NCBI RefSeq assembly: GCF_963921235.1 | Contig: NC_086108.1 | Span: forward strand, 90,522,001-90,586,000 | Length of the DNA: 64,000 nucleotides | Source of the DNA: Mobula hypostoma | Lineage: Eukaryota | Direction: 5' to 3' | Part shown: piece by piece, positions 48,999 to 62,128 of the stretch | How positions within the stretch are numbered: the first letter of the stretch is position 1 | Layout of the letters: each line of letters opens with the position of its first letter | Program-made: the position numbers and the translations under genes | Notes under the pieces: model-generated | What the model saw: only the letters and a program-made list of their open reading frames with translations | Databases searched by the model: none | Told to the model about the DNA's origin: nothing

Positions 48999-50515
48999 TG
49001 ATCAGCAGAAATAGACTCTGTTGTGTCAAAGTGAAAACAGTCTTTACAAAATGACCTAAATTAATTACAAATATAAAACACAAAATAATTGATTCCTTAA
49101 GTATTCATCCCCCCTTTAATATGACACACCAAATCATCACTGGTGCAGCCAATTGGTTTTAGAAGTTAAATGGAGAGCTGTTTTTGGAAACCTTTCAACT
49201 GACTGTGGTAAAAATACACCAGTTATCTGGAAGGTGCAATTGCTGGTGAGTCAGTATCCTGGCAAAAACTACACCGTGAAGACAAAAGAAGATTCCAAGC
49301 AACTCTGTGAAAAGGTTATTGAAATGCACAAGTCAGGAGATGGGTACAAGAAAATTTCCAAGTCACTGAATATCCCTTGGAGTACAGTTAAGTCAATCAA
49401 CAAGAAATGGAAAGAATATGGCACAGCTGTAAAACTGCCAAGAGCAGGCCATCCTCAAAAACTGAGTGAACATGCAAGAAGAGGACCAGTGAGGAAGGTC
49501 ACCAAAAGACCTATGACATCTCTGGAGGAGCTACAAGCTTCAGTGGTTGAGATGGGAGATACTGTGCATACAACAACTGTTGCCCAGGTGCTTCACCAGT
49601 CACAGCTTTATGGGAGAGTGGCAAAGAGAAAGCCCTATTGAAAAAAACTTGCGTGAAATCTCGGCTAGGGATTTTTCAGAAGACATATGGGAGACTCTGA
49701 AATCAGCTGGAAGAAGTTTCAATGGTCTGATGAAACGAAAATCGAGCTTTTTAGCCATCAGACTAAATGTTATGTTTGGTGTAAGCCAAACACTGCACAT
49801 CATCAAAAACACACCATCTCTACTGTGAAGCATGGTGGTGGCTGCATCATGCTGTGAGGATGCTTCACTGCACCAGGCCTGGAAGGCTTGTGAAGGTAGA
49901 GGGTAAAATGAATGCAGCAAAATACAGGGAATTCCTGGAGGAAAACTTGATGCAGGCTGCAAGATAACTGCGACTTGGAGAAGATTTGTTTTCCAGCAAG
50001 GCAATGACCCCAAGTATAAAGCTAAAGCTACGTAGGAATGGCTTAAAAACAACAAAGTTAATGTCCTGGAGTGGCCAAGTCAAGTCCAGATCTCAATCCA
50101 ATTGAGAATTTGTGGCTGGACTTGAAAAGGGCTATTCATTCACAATGCCCATGCAATCTGATAGAGCTTGCACACATTCCATTTGTCAAGAAGAATGGGG
50201 AAAAATTGCAGTGTCCAGATGTGCAAAGCTGATAGAGACCTATCAACACAGACTCAAGACGTTAGTTGCTGCCAACAGTGCATCTACTAAATACTGACTT
50301 GAAGGGGGTAAGTAATTATGCAATCAATTATTTTGTAATTAATAATTTTAATACATTTAGACCAATTTGAAGAAATTTGTTTTCACTTTACACGACAGAG
50401 TTGTTTTCTGTTGATCAGTGTCAAAAAAAGCCAAATTAAATTCACTGTGATTCCATGTTGTAAAACAATAAAACATGAAAACCTCCAAGGGGGTAAATAC
50501 TTTTTATGGGCACTG
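48999..50515 (+). mobile_element. Tc1 (DD34E, IR/DR-type) DNA transposon with a truncated left TIR
   Basis: The right TIR at about 50301-50515 has two AAGGGGGTAA direct repeats and ends GGCACTG. 48999-49117 is the reverse complement of its inner half. Confidence 0.95.
49276..50297 (+). pseudogene. Tc1 transposase pseudogene
   Basis: Encodes the HTH KTKEDSKQLCEKVIEMHKSGDGYKKISKSLNIPWSTVKSI, then [30 protein letters not shown] (D to G) and SPDLNPIEN, with 34-residue D-E spacing. Several stops and frameshifts are present. Confidence 0.95.
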
Positions 50516-50919
50516 CATATATGATATTCACCAACATCTTCCTTTGCAAGATGAGTGTTAAATAAGCTTTTAATCCACTACTTAAGTGGCTCACTTCAAC
50601 TGTTCTCAGTTGTGTACTTGAGAATTATTTCAGAATTGTTTGCATTCATGAACGTTCTCACAGGTGGAGGAGACAACTGGAAGCCTCTCCTTTCAGTAAA
50701 GCCTTGAGATCTCCTGCACACTTTCCCCATCCCCCTTCATTCAGCTCCTCCACTCCCAACCCTGGCACATAGGAACTCCTGCTGACTATCTCACCATGAG
50801 AATATACAGATCCCTCTCACTAGCTGCCTGCTGGTGAGTGCTGTCTCCCTCGCTCTTGAAACTTCCATCTCCTCTATGGTAACTAAAGTACATGTTGATG
50901 CTCCTGGGTGACCTTGGCA

Positions 50920-53005
50920 GGAATATTTAAGGCAGAGATTGATAGGTGCTTGATTGGTAAGGGGTTTAGGGGTTAAGAGGAGAAACAGTAGAATGCTATA
51001 ATTGGCATTCAGTCAACCATGACTGAAATGGCAGACTAGATTTCATGGACCAACTGCCCCAATTCTGCTCCTATCTGTCATAGTTTATGGTAATAAGAGG
51101 AGTGGATCACTTTTAAAGTTTTGATGTTAAGCATACATGCCAAACACTCATATAAAATCCCTAGGTACAAAATAAAAGAAATTGTCTATAAATGAACCAA
51201 TAAATAAAATTAAGGTGAGCTGAAGAGAAAAATTAGCTGTTCAAAGTCCAGAGGGACAAAGGCAGTTAATGGCAGAGTAAAAGTAATGTAGAAGAATAGG
51301 TTGAATTAAAATTAGATTTGAACAAAGTGTTGTATGTTCAATATACGAGAAAAGTAGCTTAGTAGTTTTGTTACTAGACCTGTTCTCCTGCTATCTCCCC
51401 ATAACCTTTGATGCCTTGACTAATCAATAAGCTACCAACCTCCACTTTAAATATGCCCAATGACTTGACTTCCTCAACAGTTTATGGCAATGAATTCCTT
51501 TCATACCACCAACTCAACCTGCAAGTTAACCTTTAGAAAATCCTACATAAGGACTACGAAGTCCATTTGCACCTCTGATTTTTGAATTTTCTCCCTGTTT
51601 AGAAAATAGTTCATGCCTCTATTCCTTTTACATATCGCATGGCCATACTCTTCATCTGCCTCTGCTACTTCTTTGCCCATTCCCCTATTCTGCCCAAGTC
51701 CTTCTGCAGACTCCCTGATTTCTCAATATTACCTGCCTCTCCACCTATCTTCATATTGTCCACAAACTTAACCACAAAGCCACCAATTTCTTCATCTAAA
51801 TCATTGACATATTATGTATTGTGAAAAAAAGCTGTCCTAACACCAATCCCTACAGCACACTACTAGTTACCAATATCCAACCAGAAGAGGACCCCCTTAT
51901 TCCCACTATTTGACTTCTGCCAGTCAGCCAATCTTCTATCCATGCTAGTGTATAGTACAGCACGGTACAAGCCCTTCAGCCCATGATATTGTGCCAGCCC
52001 TTTAACCTACTCTGAGATCAATCTAACTATTCCCTCCCACAGAGCCTTCCATTTCTATTTCATAAATGTGCCTATCTCAGAGTCTCTTATATGTCCTTAA
52101 TGTATCTGCCTCTTCCACCACCCCTGGCAGTGTGCTTACCCATTCTCTGTATATAAACCCTATCACTGTCATGCCCCCTATACATTACTCCAAAGACCTT
52201 CATGTTATGCCTCCTTGTATTAACCATTTCTACCCGGTGAAAAAATATTTGGCTGTCCACTCTATGTATGCCTTGTATCATCTTATCATCCCTTGTGCCT
52301 GACGGCGGCCCCCTAGGCCTGAGTCGACGTAGTAGTAGTATCCCTTGTGAGGGTCACACCTGATCTTGGCAGAATAATATTTTACTACTCTCTCAGTACT
52401 ACTTGGTCAAAATTCTGGGACTTATACCTAATAACATTGCTGGAGTACCTTCAGTAATTGGACTGCAGTACTTCAAGAAGGCAGCTTACCATTGCCTTAT
52501 CAAGTGATCTGGGAGGAGACGATAAATTGTTGTCATGCCTGTAATATGCATTTCCCATAAATGAACAAGGAAGATTCACAATGAAGTTGCCAGGACTGAT
52601 TTAGGGAGAGATTTTGACTTTAGGAGAGATTGGAGGTTAGTTCTTTATTCTTTGGAGCATAGGAGACTGAGAGATGATGTTATAGATGTGTATAAGATTG
52701 ATTGTTTTTCCCAGGGTTAGGAAATCAAGAGCTAGCAGGCATGGATTTAAAATGAGAGAAGAACAATTTGATAGGCATTTGAAAGTCATCTTTCCTTGGT
52801 ATATATGTGGAATGAGCTGCCAGAGGAATTGGTTGAAGCAGGTACGATCATAATATTTAAAAGACATCCAGGTACATGGATTGGAAAGGTTTAGAATGTA
52901 ATGAACCAAATGCTGGCAAATGGGACTAGCTTTAATGGAGCACCTTAGTCAGCATGGACTACTTGGGCTGAATAGCTTGCTTCCATTCAGTTTAACTCTA
53001 TGATC
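50920..53005. mobile_element. Cluster of short degenerate CR1 fragments in both orientations
   Basis: A plus-strand 3' end at 50920-51090, minus-strand pieces at 51375-51950 and 51955-52285, and a plus-strand piece at 52575-53005 all match other CR1 copies here. Confidence 0.75.
52298..52339 (+). mobile_element. 42-bp extremely 5'-truncated retroposon with a (TAG)n tail
   Basis: Has a perfect 10-bp TSD ATCCCTTGTG (52288-52297 and 52340-52349), a CpG-rich body and the tail GTAGTAGTAGT. Confidence 0.75.
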
Positions 53006-53934
53006 ACCGTGAACTCTACCTATGAAAACTACTGAGAATACCTTCAAGAAACTTTTATTAATGTAAAGACAAATCAACTTGTGGGAAAGATTTCTTGGTA
53101 GAATAAAGAAATCTGTAATCATTGTGGAAGCAATTATGTTCTATAAACAGGAAACACTGGAATCCTCTCTGAGTGGAGGAATTAATATGCACTGGTAGCC
53201 TTTCCCATCTTAAAGTTTGAAAGAAAATTCAGTATTGAACTTCTTATATGAATGCTGATTCTAATTTGAGAATATGTGATAAAATTTGATCATAAATGCC
53301 TTCAGTAAAATCATATTCAAAATGGGAATGGATTCAATTATATTTCGTATTTTCAAATGCAGTGGTAGTTGAAGCAAGATTTTTTAAAATCTGGCCAAGA
53401 CATATGAAATGTGGAAAAGAAAATGCAAGAGTATAATGGGTGATATCCAATGTAAAGAAATGGTTATGCAAAGAAAGTTGGGAGGATGAATGTGAGAAAG
53501 AAACCTGCTGGCAGTATCGGGAATACTTTTGACAAAGTTGAAATTGGTTAATGTATTGTGGTTATCAGTGAGAATAGTGGAGCAGCAAAATGAGTCTGCA
53601 GCATTTGCTGAGTCCAGGTTCCCTGCACAGTGCAATGCACCAGAATGCCAACATTCTGCAGGTGGAGGTTTAACTTCTGGCAAACTATTGATAAAAAAAG
53701 AGATGTATTTGCCAAACATGCTGTTAACCACTGGCGCAGAGATTTTTCCATGTGGAAAACACAACAGGGTGGGTGTGAGTGATGATAACTGCTTAGAGCC
53801 TCTCCTTGAATGTTCACCCAGATCCAGCATAAATGTCCACTGGATTATTGGAGAATATCCATCTAATATTATCGATATTCACCCACATCCTCTACTACTT
53901 CCAGCAATAGTTTCTGTTAATCATCGTTGCTTTG

Positions 53935-54240
53935 AAGTTCAAACTTAAAGTAAATATATTGTCAAAGTATGTATATGTCAGCATGTATTGCCCTGAGATT
54001 CATTTTCTTGCAGGCATTCTTAGTAGACAAAGAAGTACAATAGAATCACTAAAGAACTACACACAAAGAAAGACTGACAATCAACCAACAGGCAAAAGAA
54101 AATAAACTGCAAATACAAAAGGTTAATTAATTAGTACAAGGAACGTGAGTTGTAGAGTCCTTGAAGGTGAGTCCATCAGTTATGGAATCAGTTCCTTGTG
54201 TCCTTGCTGGTTCAGGAGCCTGATGGTCGAAGGGTGAAGG
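53935..54240 (-). mobile_element. Rex1/Babar-type 3' tail fragment
   Basis: Shares AAAGTAA..TTRTCAAAGTATGT..TTCATTTTCTTG..GGCATT with 59245-59330 and GTTCARGAGCCTGATGGT with 61150. Confidence 0.65.
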
Positions 54241-54578
54241 AATATTGTGCATGAAAAATACACTTACGCACAGATCTCCAAAATTACAGTGCAAGATTGT
54301 GCTAAAGATCTGTTTACATACAGTGCATGAGAGTCTGCTTGTCCTGTGCTCCGAAAAATCATTCTCCTTTGCCTGAGAATAAGGACCATTTTATCAGATA
54401 TTTTTATGCTTGGAAGAATTCACAGGTCAATGTGTTTCTGTTCATTTTGAGATAACTGACCGGAAATTAACAGTGTGGTATTAGGTCTCAAAATCACTGA
54501 GGGGTGGGGATTGTTTAGATGTCTTCAGCTCTTTCAGTGGTCTGTGATATTTACTAAATGTGTGACTCAAAACGATCT

Positions 54579-54853
54579 GATAAGATTAGCTTTATTTGTC
54601 ACATGTACATCAAAACCTACAGTGAAATGTGTTCTTTGCGCCAACATTATGATAATGTGCTGGAGCTGCCCATAAGTGGCACCATGTTTCTGGCGCCAAC
54701 TAAGCGTGCCTGCAATTTACTAATCTGTACATCTTTGGAATGTGGGCGGGAACTGGAGCATGGTCATGGGGAACACGTACAGACTCCTTATAGACAGTGG
54801 CGGGAACTGAGCCCCGATTGCCGATGATGTAAAGTATTATGCTAGCCGCTACG
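54579..54853 (-). mobile_element. V-SINE-like element with a non-CR1 (Rex1-like) tail
   Basis: The minus strand has a B-box-like GGCTCAGTTCC, a V-domain TGCTCCAGTTCCCGCCCACATTCCAAAGATGTAC, and the tail TGTACATGTGACAAATAAAGCTAATCTTATC. Confidence 0.7.
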
Positions 54854-57769
54854 GACATTTTAATCCATCGCAGTACAGTGGATGGTGTCTTGGTTAGAGG
54901 TATGGCTCAGAATAGATAAAAATGTCAAAGATATCTTGACAAAGGACCTAATCCACTGACTTCCAGAATTAGTCAAATTGGGGCAAGTGAGAGGCAGCCA
55001 TTCTTTTCGCAGGAGGCAACTTGGCATGTTGGTAGACTAATAAAAGGAACAGTCTCTTGGCTAGTGATGAGTGACCGAATTTCCAAGCATCTATTAACCC
55101 TATAGCTGTGGCAGGAAGGGAACAGGTTTTTGGAGCAGGCGATAGCACTCATAGGCACTTCCTTTAACCAAGGGAAGAGTTGGAGACAGTTACTTTTCTC
55201 CTATACTTTTCCCTCCCTCAACCTCTTCTCCTTGCAATAGAGTCCTGTCTCCTGAGGCAGGTGTCAGAGTCATAGAATCACAGTGCGACTACATTGAAAC
55301 AGGCCCTTCAACCCAACTCCTCCATGCTGTCCAAGAATTTGATATAAGCTATTCCCATTTACCTGTGTTTAGCCCACATCTCTCTAAACTTCCCTGTGCA
55401 TGTTCCTATCTAAACATCAGAGCTAACTAATCCCCTGCCATATGCCAGATTATCTTCTGCTAGTCTCAAAGCAAAACTTATCAAAACAATTGACTTCTAA
55501 TCATTGAACAGAAGTGTACAGACTCCAAAGTAAAATTGAAGCCTTGGCTTCCTGGTTTTCTGCCTCATTCCTCAACTAAGTGTGTGATGCACACTTGTAA
55601 ATATCTAGAGCATCTTCCAGCTTTATCCACACTACAAAGTAAGTTTCCTTTTTGGCATTAAGCATAATTATAATAGAAGCTTTAAGGGATTGAAGTAATT
55701 AATTTGAGAGGTCGAAGCTGTCAGGAATTAACACAATAATACAATCATTTAAAGTTGCAAATTATTTGGACTGCTTGATCTGTGTGTTCATTTTTTAACA
55801 TGAAACACAGTTTTTAAAAGTTTTTTGTATGTTTTAGGAAATCACTTTATCCCCCATGAGGTCTTGGAATGTGCCTTAATCTTTTGGTATTGGTTAAATG
55901 TAATTTATGTCCTGTGTAGAGATAAAAGTGCCAGATGTAGTTAAGCCAATGTTGGGCATCCTGTAAATAATGTATTGTGTAGAGTCAGAAAGCTATCATT
56001 TAAAGAGCAATAAATGAAAATGTGAACGTTATAACCAGATTATTCTGTACTTGGAAGGCTTTTGTGCATCATGTCTCTGAGGTCTTCAGGGATCAAAGGA
56101 TATCGAGCACCATGTAACAGCTGTCTTATATTTGAAAGAAAACTGTGGTTGTGATAAGTAACGTAGTGAGCCTGAAGACAGAAACCTCCCAGACCATTGT
56201 TGGCATGGTGTGGTTAGACCACAACTCTGAGGTCGGCAGATGGGAGAAGAGCTTAAGGTGTTATTGAGAGTGGAAAGTAATGATAATTTATTTTACTGCA
56301 CCAAGTCAATCATTTCACATGATTACTTTCAGACCAGTATATGTGGAAATGTTTTTTTTTCACCTTCCCCCAGAGTACCTTTTTGGATGAAATAAATTCT
56401 CTGGACAAATCTAATAATAACCTTTAACAAAGCAGATAGGTTCAAAGAGATGTTGACTGGATGGTTGCATAGGGATCAGTGTCAGTGGGTTAAGGAGCTG
56501 TTGCTCATCTTAGTTTAACACCAGTGAAATGATCCAGTATATTAAAAATAATCATGAATGCTGCAATGCAAAATAAACATCTCTTTATTCCACAATGCAG
56601 TTGAGTGTTGTGTATTTAATATTTCAATAATATTTTAGTAATCTTGTACATATGTTAATTATGCATTCTTGTATGTTTAAATAATTTATTACAGGTTAGA
56701 TGTAAAAATACATTAATTGCATATTCCTTCATGCTACCATGTGATTATGTGCATACCTCACTTAAAGGAAAGACGAAGGTACACCCATATTTCAGACTCT
56801 CATCTTCTTTGGATCAGTTTAATGTTTTGAATTTACAGAACATAACGGGGTGGGTGAAATTTTATTAAATTAATGATTTGAAATATATACATTATGCTGA
56901 CCACAAAATGTTTGCAAATGCACCTTTTTTATATTGCATGTCAGTCATGGATGTACACATTTTAGAGGTTCTGTTCCAACCTAATGCATTTTATACGTTG
57001 TTTAAAATTCAAGACTGTTACAGTTTCCAACAAAATAAATTTCTGATGGTTGTTTGATAAACAAGGCCTTATTTCCAGCATGGATAGAACTTCTAGAACT
57101 GGATCTTCAACACTGGCAAATAGTTATTGTATTGATTAATGCATTCCAGGTTATTGCATTCCTGCTCCATCTTATTTGCAGAGAATGTCCCTAATGGGAG
57201 CAACACTCAAGCCATTAAAAGCATTCAAACTGTAATCGGTGTAATTTCTTTGAGGCTAATGTCCTGTATACTACATCTAAAAAAGCTGGGCACCCAGGCT
57301 GTATTCACCCAAATATTTTCAGTTGCTCTTCTTAAAAAGCAAAGAGAAAGGATGAAAGGTCCAGATGAAGGGTCTTGACTCGACACTTCGATTGTCCAAG
57401 ACCATGGCTAATTTTTAATCTCACAGCTGCTTGTCTACTGAAAAGCCATCTAGCAGCAGAGGAAGAATACCAGGCTTACCTTAAGCATTTGCTTTCTCTA
57501 TCTGGCTTGAAGTCAAAGACCAAAAGAAATACGTATTTATATTTCTGAGCTGGGAGCTGTTGGGATGTGCAGACTGCTTCTAGATGTGTTGTCACTTGGA
57601 GGGATGACCAACAGTAACTCCCAGACCTCATTTCCCTGGCCAGATATTGTCCCAAAATAGGGAGGCAAGGTTCTATCATGTGGTAAGTCCCAGGGTGGGT
57701 GGTGAGATGAGGTTGATGGTGCAGGGTTCGACTTGGTTTTACTAATTATCACAATGTTATATATAATTA

Positions 57770-58443
57770 ATGGCGGGAGGAGAAGATGGTGGCGCGACGC
57801 AGCTTGCTGCGGCCACTCCAGTGGTGATGTCTGTTATCTGTCAAGTAGGGTGCTGTGCACAATCCTGATTTGATGGCGACAGACGTGAGGGCACAGAGGA
57901 ACGTCTGGTGAAACTTCTGAAATGCCTGCTTTGCTGCTGCTGCTACTGTGTGATCCAGAATCTCCGGAGGGGAAGGCCCTGAGTCCTCAGCTTTGCTTGT
58001 TGCTCGGCGGCCGGGCCGGGGTCGAAGCGCTCGAAAGAGGATGGTGTTCGGTGCTCGGTGTCGGAGGCTCGAAGTTTTCAGATGGACTCCACTGCGGTCC
58101 GCTGCGGTCGGGTGCTTCCAATGGTGCGGCATCGGCAAGTTTGCGGCTCTTGGAGGTTCATGGCAGGGAGAGTTTCTCCCTTCTACCATCTGCGTTAGAT
58201 GATGAGTCTATCGGAACTTTGAGACTTTTTTTTACCATGCCCATGGTCTGCTCTTTATCAAATTACGGTATTGCTTTGCACTGTTGTAACTATATGTTAT
58301 AATTATGTGATTTTGTCAGTTTTAGTCTTGGTCTGTCTTGTGTTTCTTGTGATATTCTGGAGGAACATAGTATCATTTTTTAATGCATGCATTTCTAAAT
58401 GACAATAAGCAAGGATGAGTGTCCTCATAATCTAAAAAAAAAA
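57770..58443 (+). mobile_element. ~670-bp non-coding retroposon, copy B
   Basis: Colinear with 24104-24770, CpG-rich, and ends in an A-run. Confidence 0.8.
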
Positions 58444-59327
58444 TTAGGCCATGATTATATATTTTTGTTTTATACTGCCTATAACAGAGAAAAAACAGAA
58501 ATGCTATTTTAAAAATCCTTCTCTTTTAACACATCAGTAAAATATTTATTGACAATATATTTTATTAATATCAGTCATTCAATTTAACTTAAGACTGCAA
58601 TTCCTGAAACATTCATTAATAAATCATATGTAGGACTAATCACTGATTAAATTAGTTGGGCACGAGTCATAGGTGGGTCCAGGTTACTGTAAGTGTGGGT
58701 GGTGGGAGTGGCAATGGATGGCTTTGAAGGGGAAGGTGTTGCCATTATAAGTTTAGTTGCAATTTGTTATAGAAACTGAATGTTGAACTGCTTGCTTATC
58801 TTATTTTAAGAACCTAAAAATACCTAATTTTGCCAAAGTTAATTACACAAAAAAAAACTGAACTAAGGTAAAGATTAAAGACGTAAAAATATATACACAC
58901 AATGACCTCAGGCACATTAAGTTACTTTAAAGTACGAGAATGTTTTTTTCTGAAAAAATTTACTCTTGCATTATTTAAACTTTGTTTTCTGAGAATTAAA
59001 ATCATGGGGTGTGGGAAGAGTAGTGCAGAACAATTGAATTGGGCCATAGATCTATTGGACATTCTGTGCATGCAGTGCTAGAGCTGGTGAAAAATGACAG
59101 AGATGTTCTGCTATTTTATATTTCCATTTAGAAGTTTTGTGTACCATTTATGAATAATTATGATTTGAAATTGCATGATAGTTATCGATACATTCTGAAT
59201 CCCAGTTGTTAAAGGAATAATTTCCATATTCAGTTAGAGTATTTCAAAGTTCCAAGTTTAAAGTAAGCTCATTATCAAAGTATGTGTATGTCACCATATA
59301 TCAACAGGGGGTTCATTTTCTTGTGGC

Positions 59328-60008
59328 ATTCAAGATTCAAAAAACTTTATTGTCATTTTAACCGTACATCGGCTCTGCAGGGCAGAATGAGACAGTGTTT
59401 CCCAGGAGCAGTGCAATCATAACATAACAAACACAACACTAAATAATAAACATTACAATAAATAGTAAAACATAACAGCCACATGTCAGTTAAAATCAAG
59501 TTATAAGTGTCCAGTGCAAGTTAAAAGTGTCCAAAGCAGAGTCAGGTAGAGCAGCTATTTAGCAGTCTGACTGCCTGTGGGAGGAAGCTGTTTAGTAGCC
59601 TTGTGGTTTTAGTTTTGATGCTCCTGTAACGTTTGCCTGATGGCAGAAGAACAAACAGTTCATGTAGAGGGTGTGAGGGGTCTTTAGTGATGTACCGTGT
59701 CTTCTGGAGGCATCGACTCTGAAAGAGGTCTTGGACAGAAGGTAGGGAGACCCCAATAACCTTCTCTGCTCTCCTAACCACCCTCTGCAAGGCTTTTTTG
59801 TCGACAGCACTGCAGCTGGAGTACCAGGTTGTGATGCAAAAGGTCAGCATACTCTCAACCACGCCTCTGTAGAGTGTAGTTAGGATGTTAGTGGGGAGTG
59901 ATGCTTGTTTAAGCTTCCTCAGAAAGTGCAATCTCTGCTGGGCCCGTTTCACAATCCCAGTGGTGTTCCTGGACCAGGTGAGATTGTCCGAGATCTGCAC
60001 CCCAAGGA
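59328..60008 (-). mobile_element. Young Rex1/Babar LINE 3' fragment with an open C-terminal frame, nested in an older tail
   Basis: ORF 59542-60060 reads LGVQISDNLTWS..KRAQQRLHFLRKLK..CITTWY..KDPSHPLHELFVLLPSGKRYRSIK..NSFLPQAVRLLN. The flanks rejoin into the sequence seen intact at about 54000-54045. Confidence 0.92.
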
Positions 60009-61129
60009 GTAGAACAAAGAAATACAATAGATTTAGTAAACAAAGATGCATTCTGTTCAAAATGCTGTTGATTTAGTATAAAAATTGCACAATAGCTTTG
60101 TTAGTGACAATATTAAAATAAACATGTAGCACCTAAAATGTTATTGTTAAGTATTGTTCTATATACCATCATAAATTGTCATGACTTGGACCAATTGTTG
60201 TACAAAGTAGGTTCGCTGCATAATCTTTTGTTGACATTCCATAAGATCATGCAATATTGAACCAAATGAGACAGCATCATAACCTATCTATGGTTTTATT
60301 TGTAATTTAAAACATGAACTCCAATGTATATTTTCATACGGTATTACAAAATTGTCAATCATTGTATCATATAAAGACAAAGACAAAAGCTTATTTCTGC
60401 CCAAAATGCTTAGGTGTGATTTAAGAAGCTTTAGAGGAAATGTTTAAAGTCAAAATTTCTCTTATAGAACTTTGTGAAGCCATTTCAAACCTGAACTGCT
60501 TACTCAAGGCTTTTGGCACTTAGTGTCTAACGGTACTACACTGCTGCGTACAAGTACTAACATTGCATTTAAGTTGCAGCAATTTTGTGGTTTAACATTA
60601 ATGGACTGAATACAAACTATTGGCCACGCTTCCTAAATTGCTCCTTGGGGTAAACAAATCCAATGCACATCACTGACATTGATTTTTTTTCATGAAATAT
60701 TTAAATAGCAATTAAAGGAAAATGCTAAAACTTACTTGAGTTATTTGATTCACATCTCTGTATTAAATTCACACAACTGACATTGTTGTAAAAGGGGCAG
60801 AGGATACTTGCAAAAGGAATAAGAGAGCATGTGGATATTGTCTAAGGTCATTAAGGGATCTGTGGAATAAGGAAAGAAAAGTTAAAGAAAAAGACTAACC
60901 ATGTTCTTACTTTAGTGCTTTAGCTTTATGGCTTACACATGTATCTAATTTTGCCTGCAAAATTGTAAACTCAGTGCTGAGATTTTACTAATTGGTTTGG
61001 AGGGATGAGCAGCAACAGCCAGAGATTCCAATCTAGATTCAATGCCACAAGGGGTGAAGCACTAACAAGACAGAGTCCTTAAAGTAAGATCATTGATTGT
61101 GGGAATATCTCAATGGATTTGCAAGTGAG

Positions 61130-61450
61130 TGTAGTTATCCTCTCTTATTCAAGAGCCTGATGGTTGTGGGGTAATAACTGTTCTTGAACCTGGCGGTGTG
61201 AGTCCTGGTGATTTTGTATCTTCTACCTGATGGCAGCAGTGAGAGAAGAGCATGGCCTGGGTGGTGGTGATCTCTGATAATGAATGCTGCTTTCCTACAA
61301 CAGCGTATCATGTAGATGTGTCGGATGGTTGGGAGGGCTTTACCTGTGATGTACTGGGCAAAATCCACTACCTTTTGTAGGTTTCTGTTCAAAGACATTG
61401 GTGTTTCCATACCAGGCCATGGTGCAGCCAGTCAGTACACTCTCCACTAC
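61130..61450 (-). mobile_element. Rex1/Babar LINE fragment
   Basis: ORF 61135-61410 reads LQKVVDFAQYITG..HPGHALLSLLPSGRRY..RFKNSYYPTTIRLLN. Confidence 0.9.
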
Positions 61451-62128
61451 ATAAGAAAGAAACATTGCAGATAGAGTTGCAGTGTCTGATCCCTGTCAGT
61501 CCCTGGGCCAAGCCAGTCTCCAAGAATAATATTCACATAATGATGCACATCTACCTTGATGTTAGGTCCAGGCAATTGAATGTGCATTTTACCTAAAGTG
61601 GTTCACCTCTGACACTACAGAATTCAGGATGTGTTTTCCTGCTTTGCTGCTAACTCCTCCAAAGTGACTGACAAAACCAGCAGTAAAATATAAATGGAAG
61701 TGTCAAATACTGAGAACCACAGAATTGTTATGGAAGGAAGCATTTCCATCTATGGAGGCTGTGCCAGACCTTAGGGAGCAATGCCATCAGTCCCATTTTC
61801 CTGCTCTTTTCTTGTCACTGTGGATGTTGTTCTGTTTCAAATCTTTATATAAATTGATAGGCCACATTAAATTTCTTCATCGATAAATGTTACTAGCAAA
61901 TAAGTTCACAAAAATTAGCTCTTTTTATAGTTTACACTTGGGTAAATGGTTCTTCAATAAGGTGTCTGCCTGCATGGTACTTTGTGTCTTCTGGAAAAGA
62001 AGATCCTGTTTTATAATTTCAGAGATTGGGAGTTTATGCAAATTAGCAGCATACTCCAGGGACAGGCAACTGCAGATTATGGTAACACTGATGTATAGAG
62101 TTGGGTAGTGGGTAGTGGCTCCATATGT

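Noticed and set aside
53450..53532. Peptide SWEDECEKETCWQYREYF loosely resembles a Gla domain
   Set aside because: Spacing and key residues do not fit, and the frame ends in a stop immediately.
56606..56847. Possible short solo LTR (TGTTGTGT ... ACATAACG)
   Set aside because: The 3' end is not CA and there is no matching TSD, so support is insufficient.
59542..60060. The ORF could be auto-annotated as an ALKBH8_N/DUF1891-type host protein
   Set aside because: It is the standard Rex1/Babar ORF C-terminus, followed by a LINE tail and repeated elsewhere in the window.
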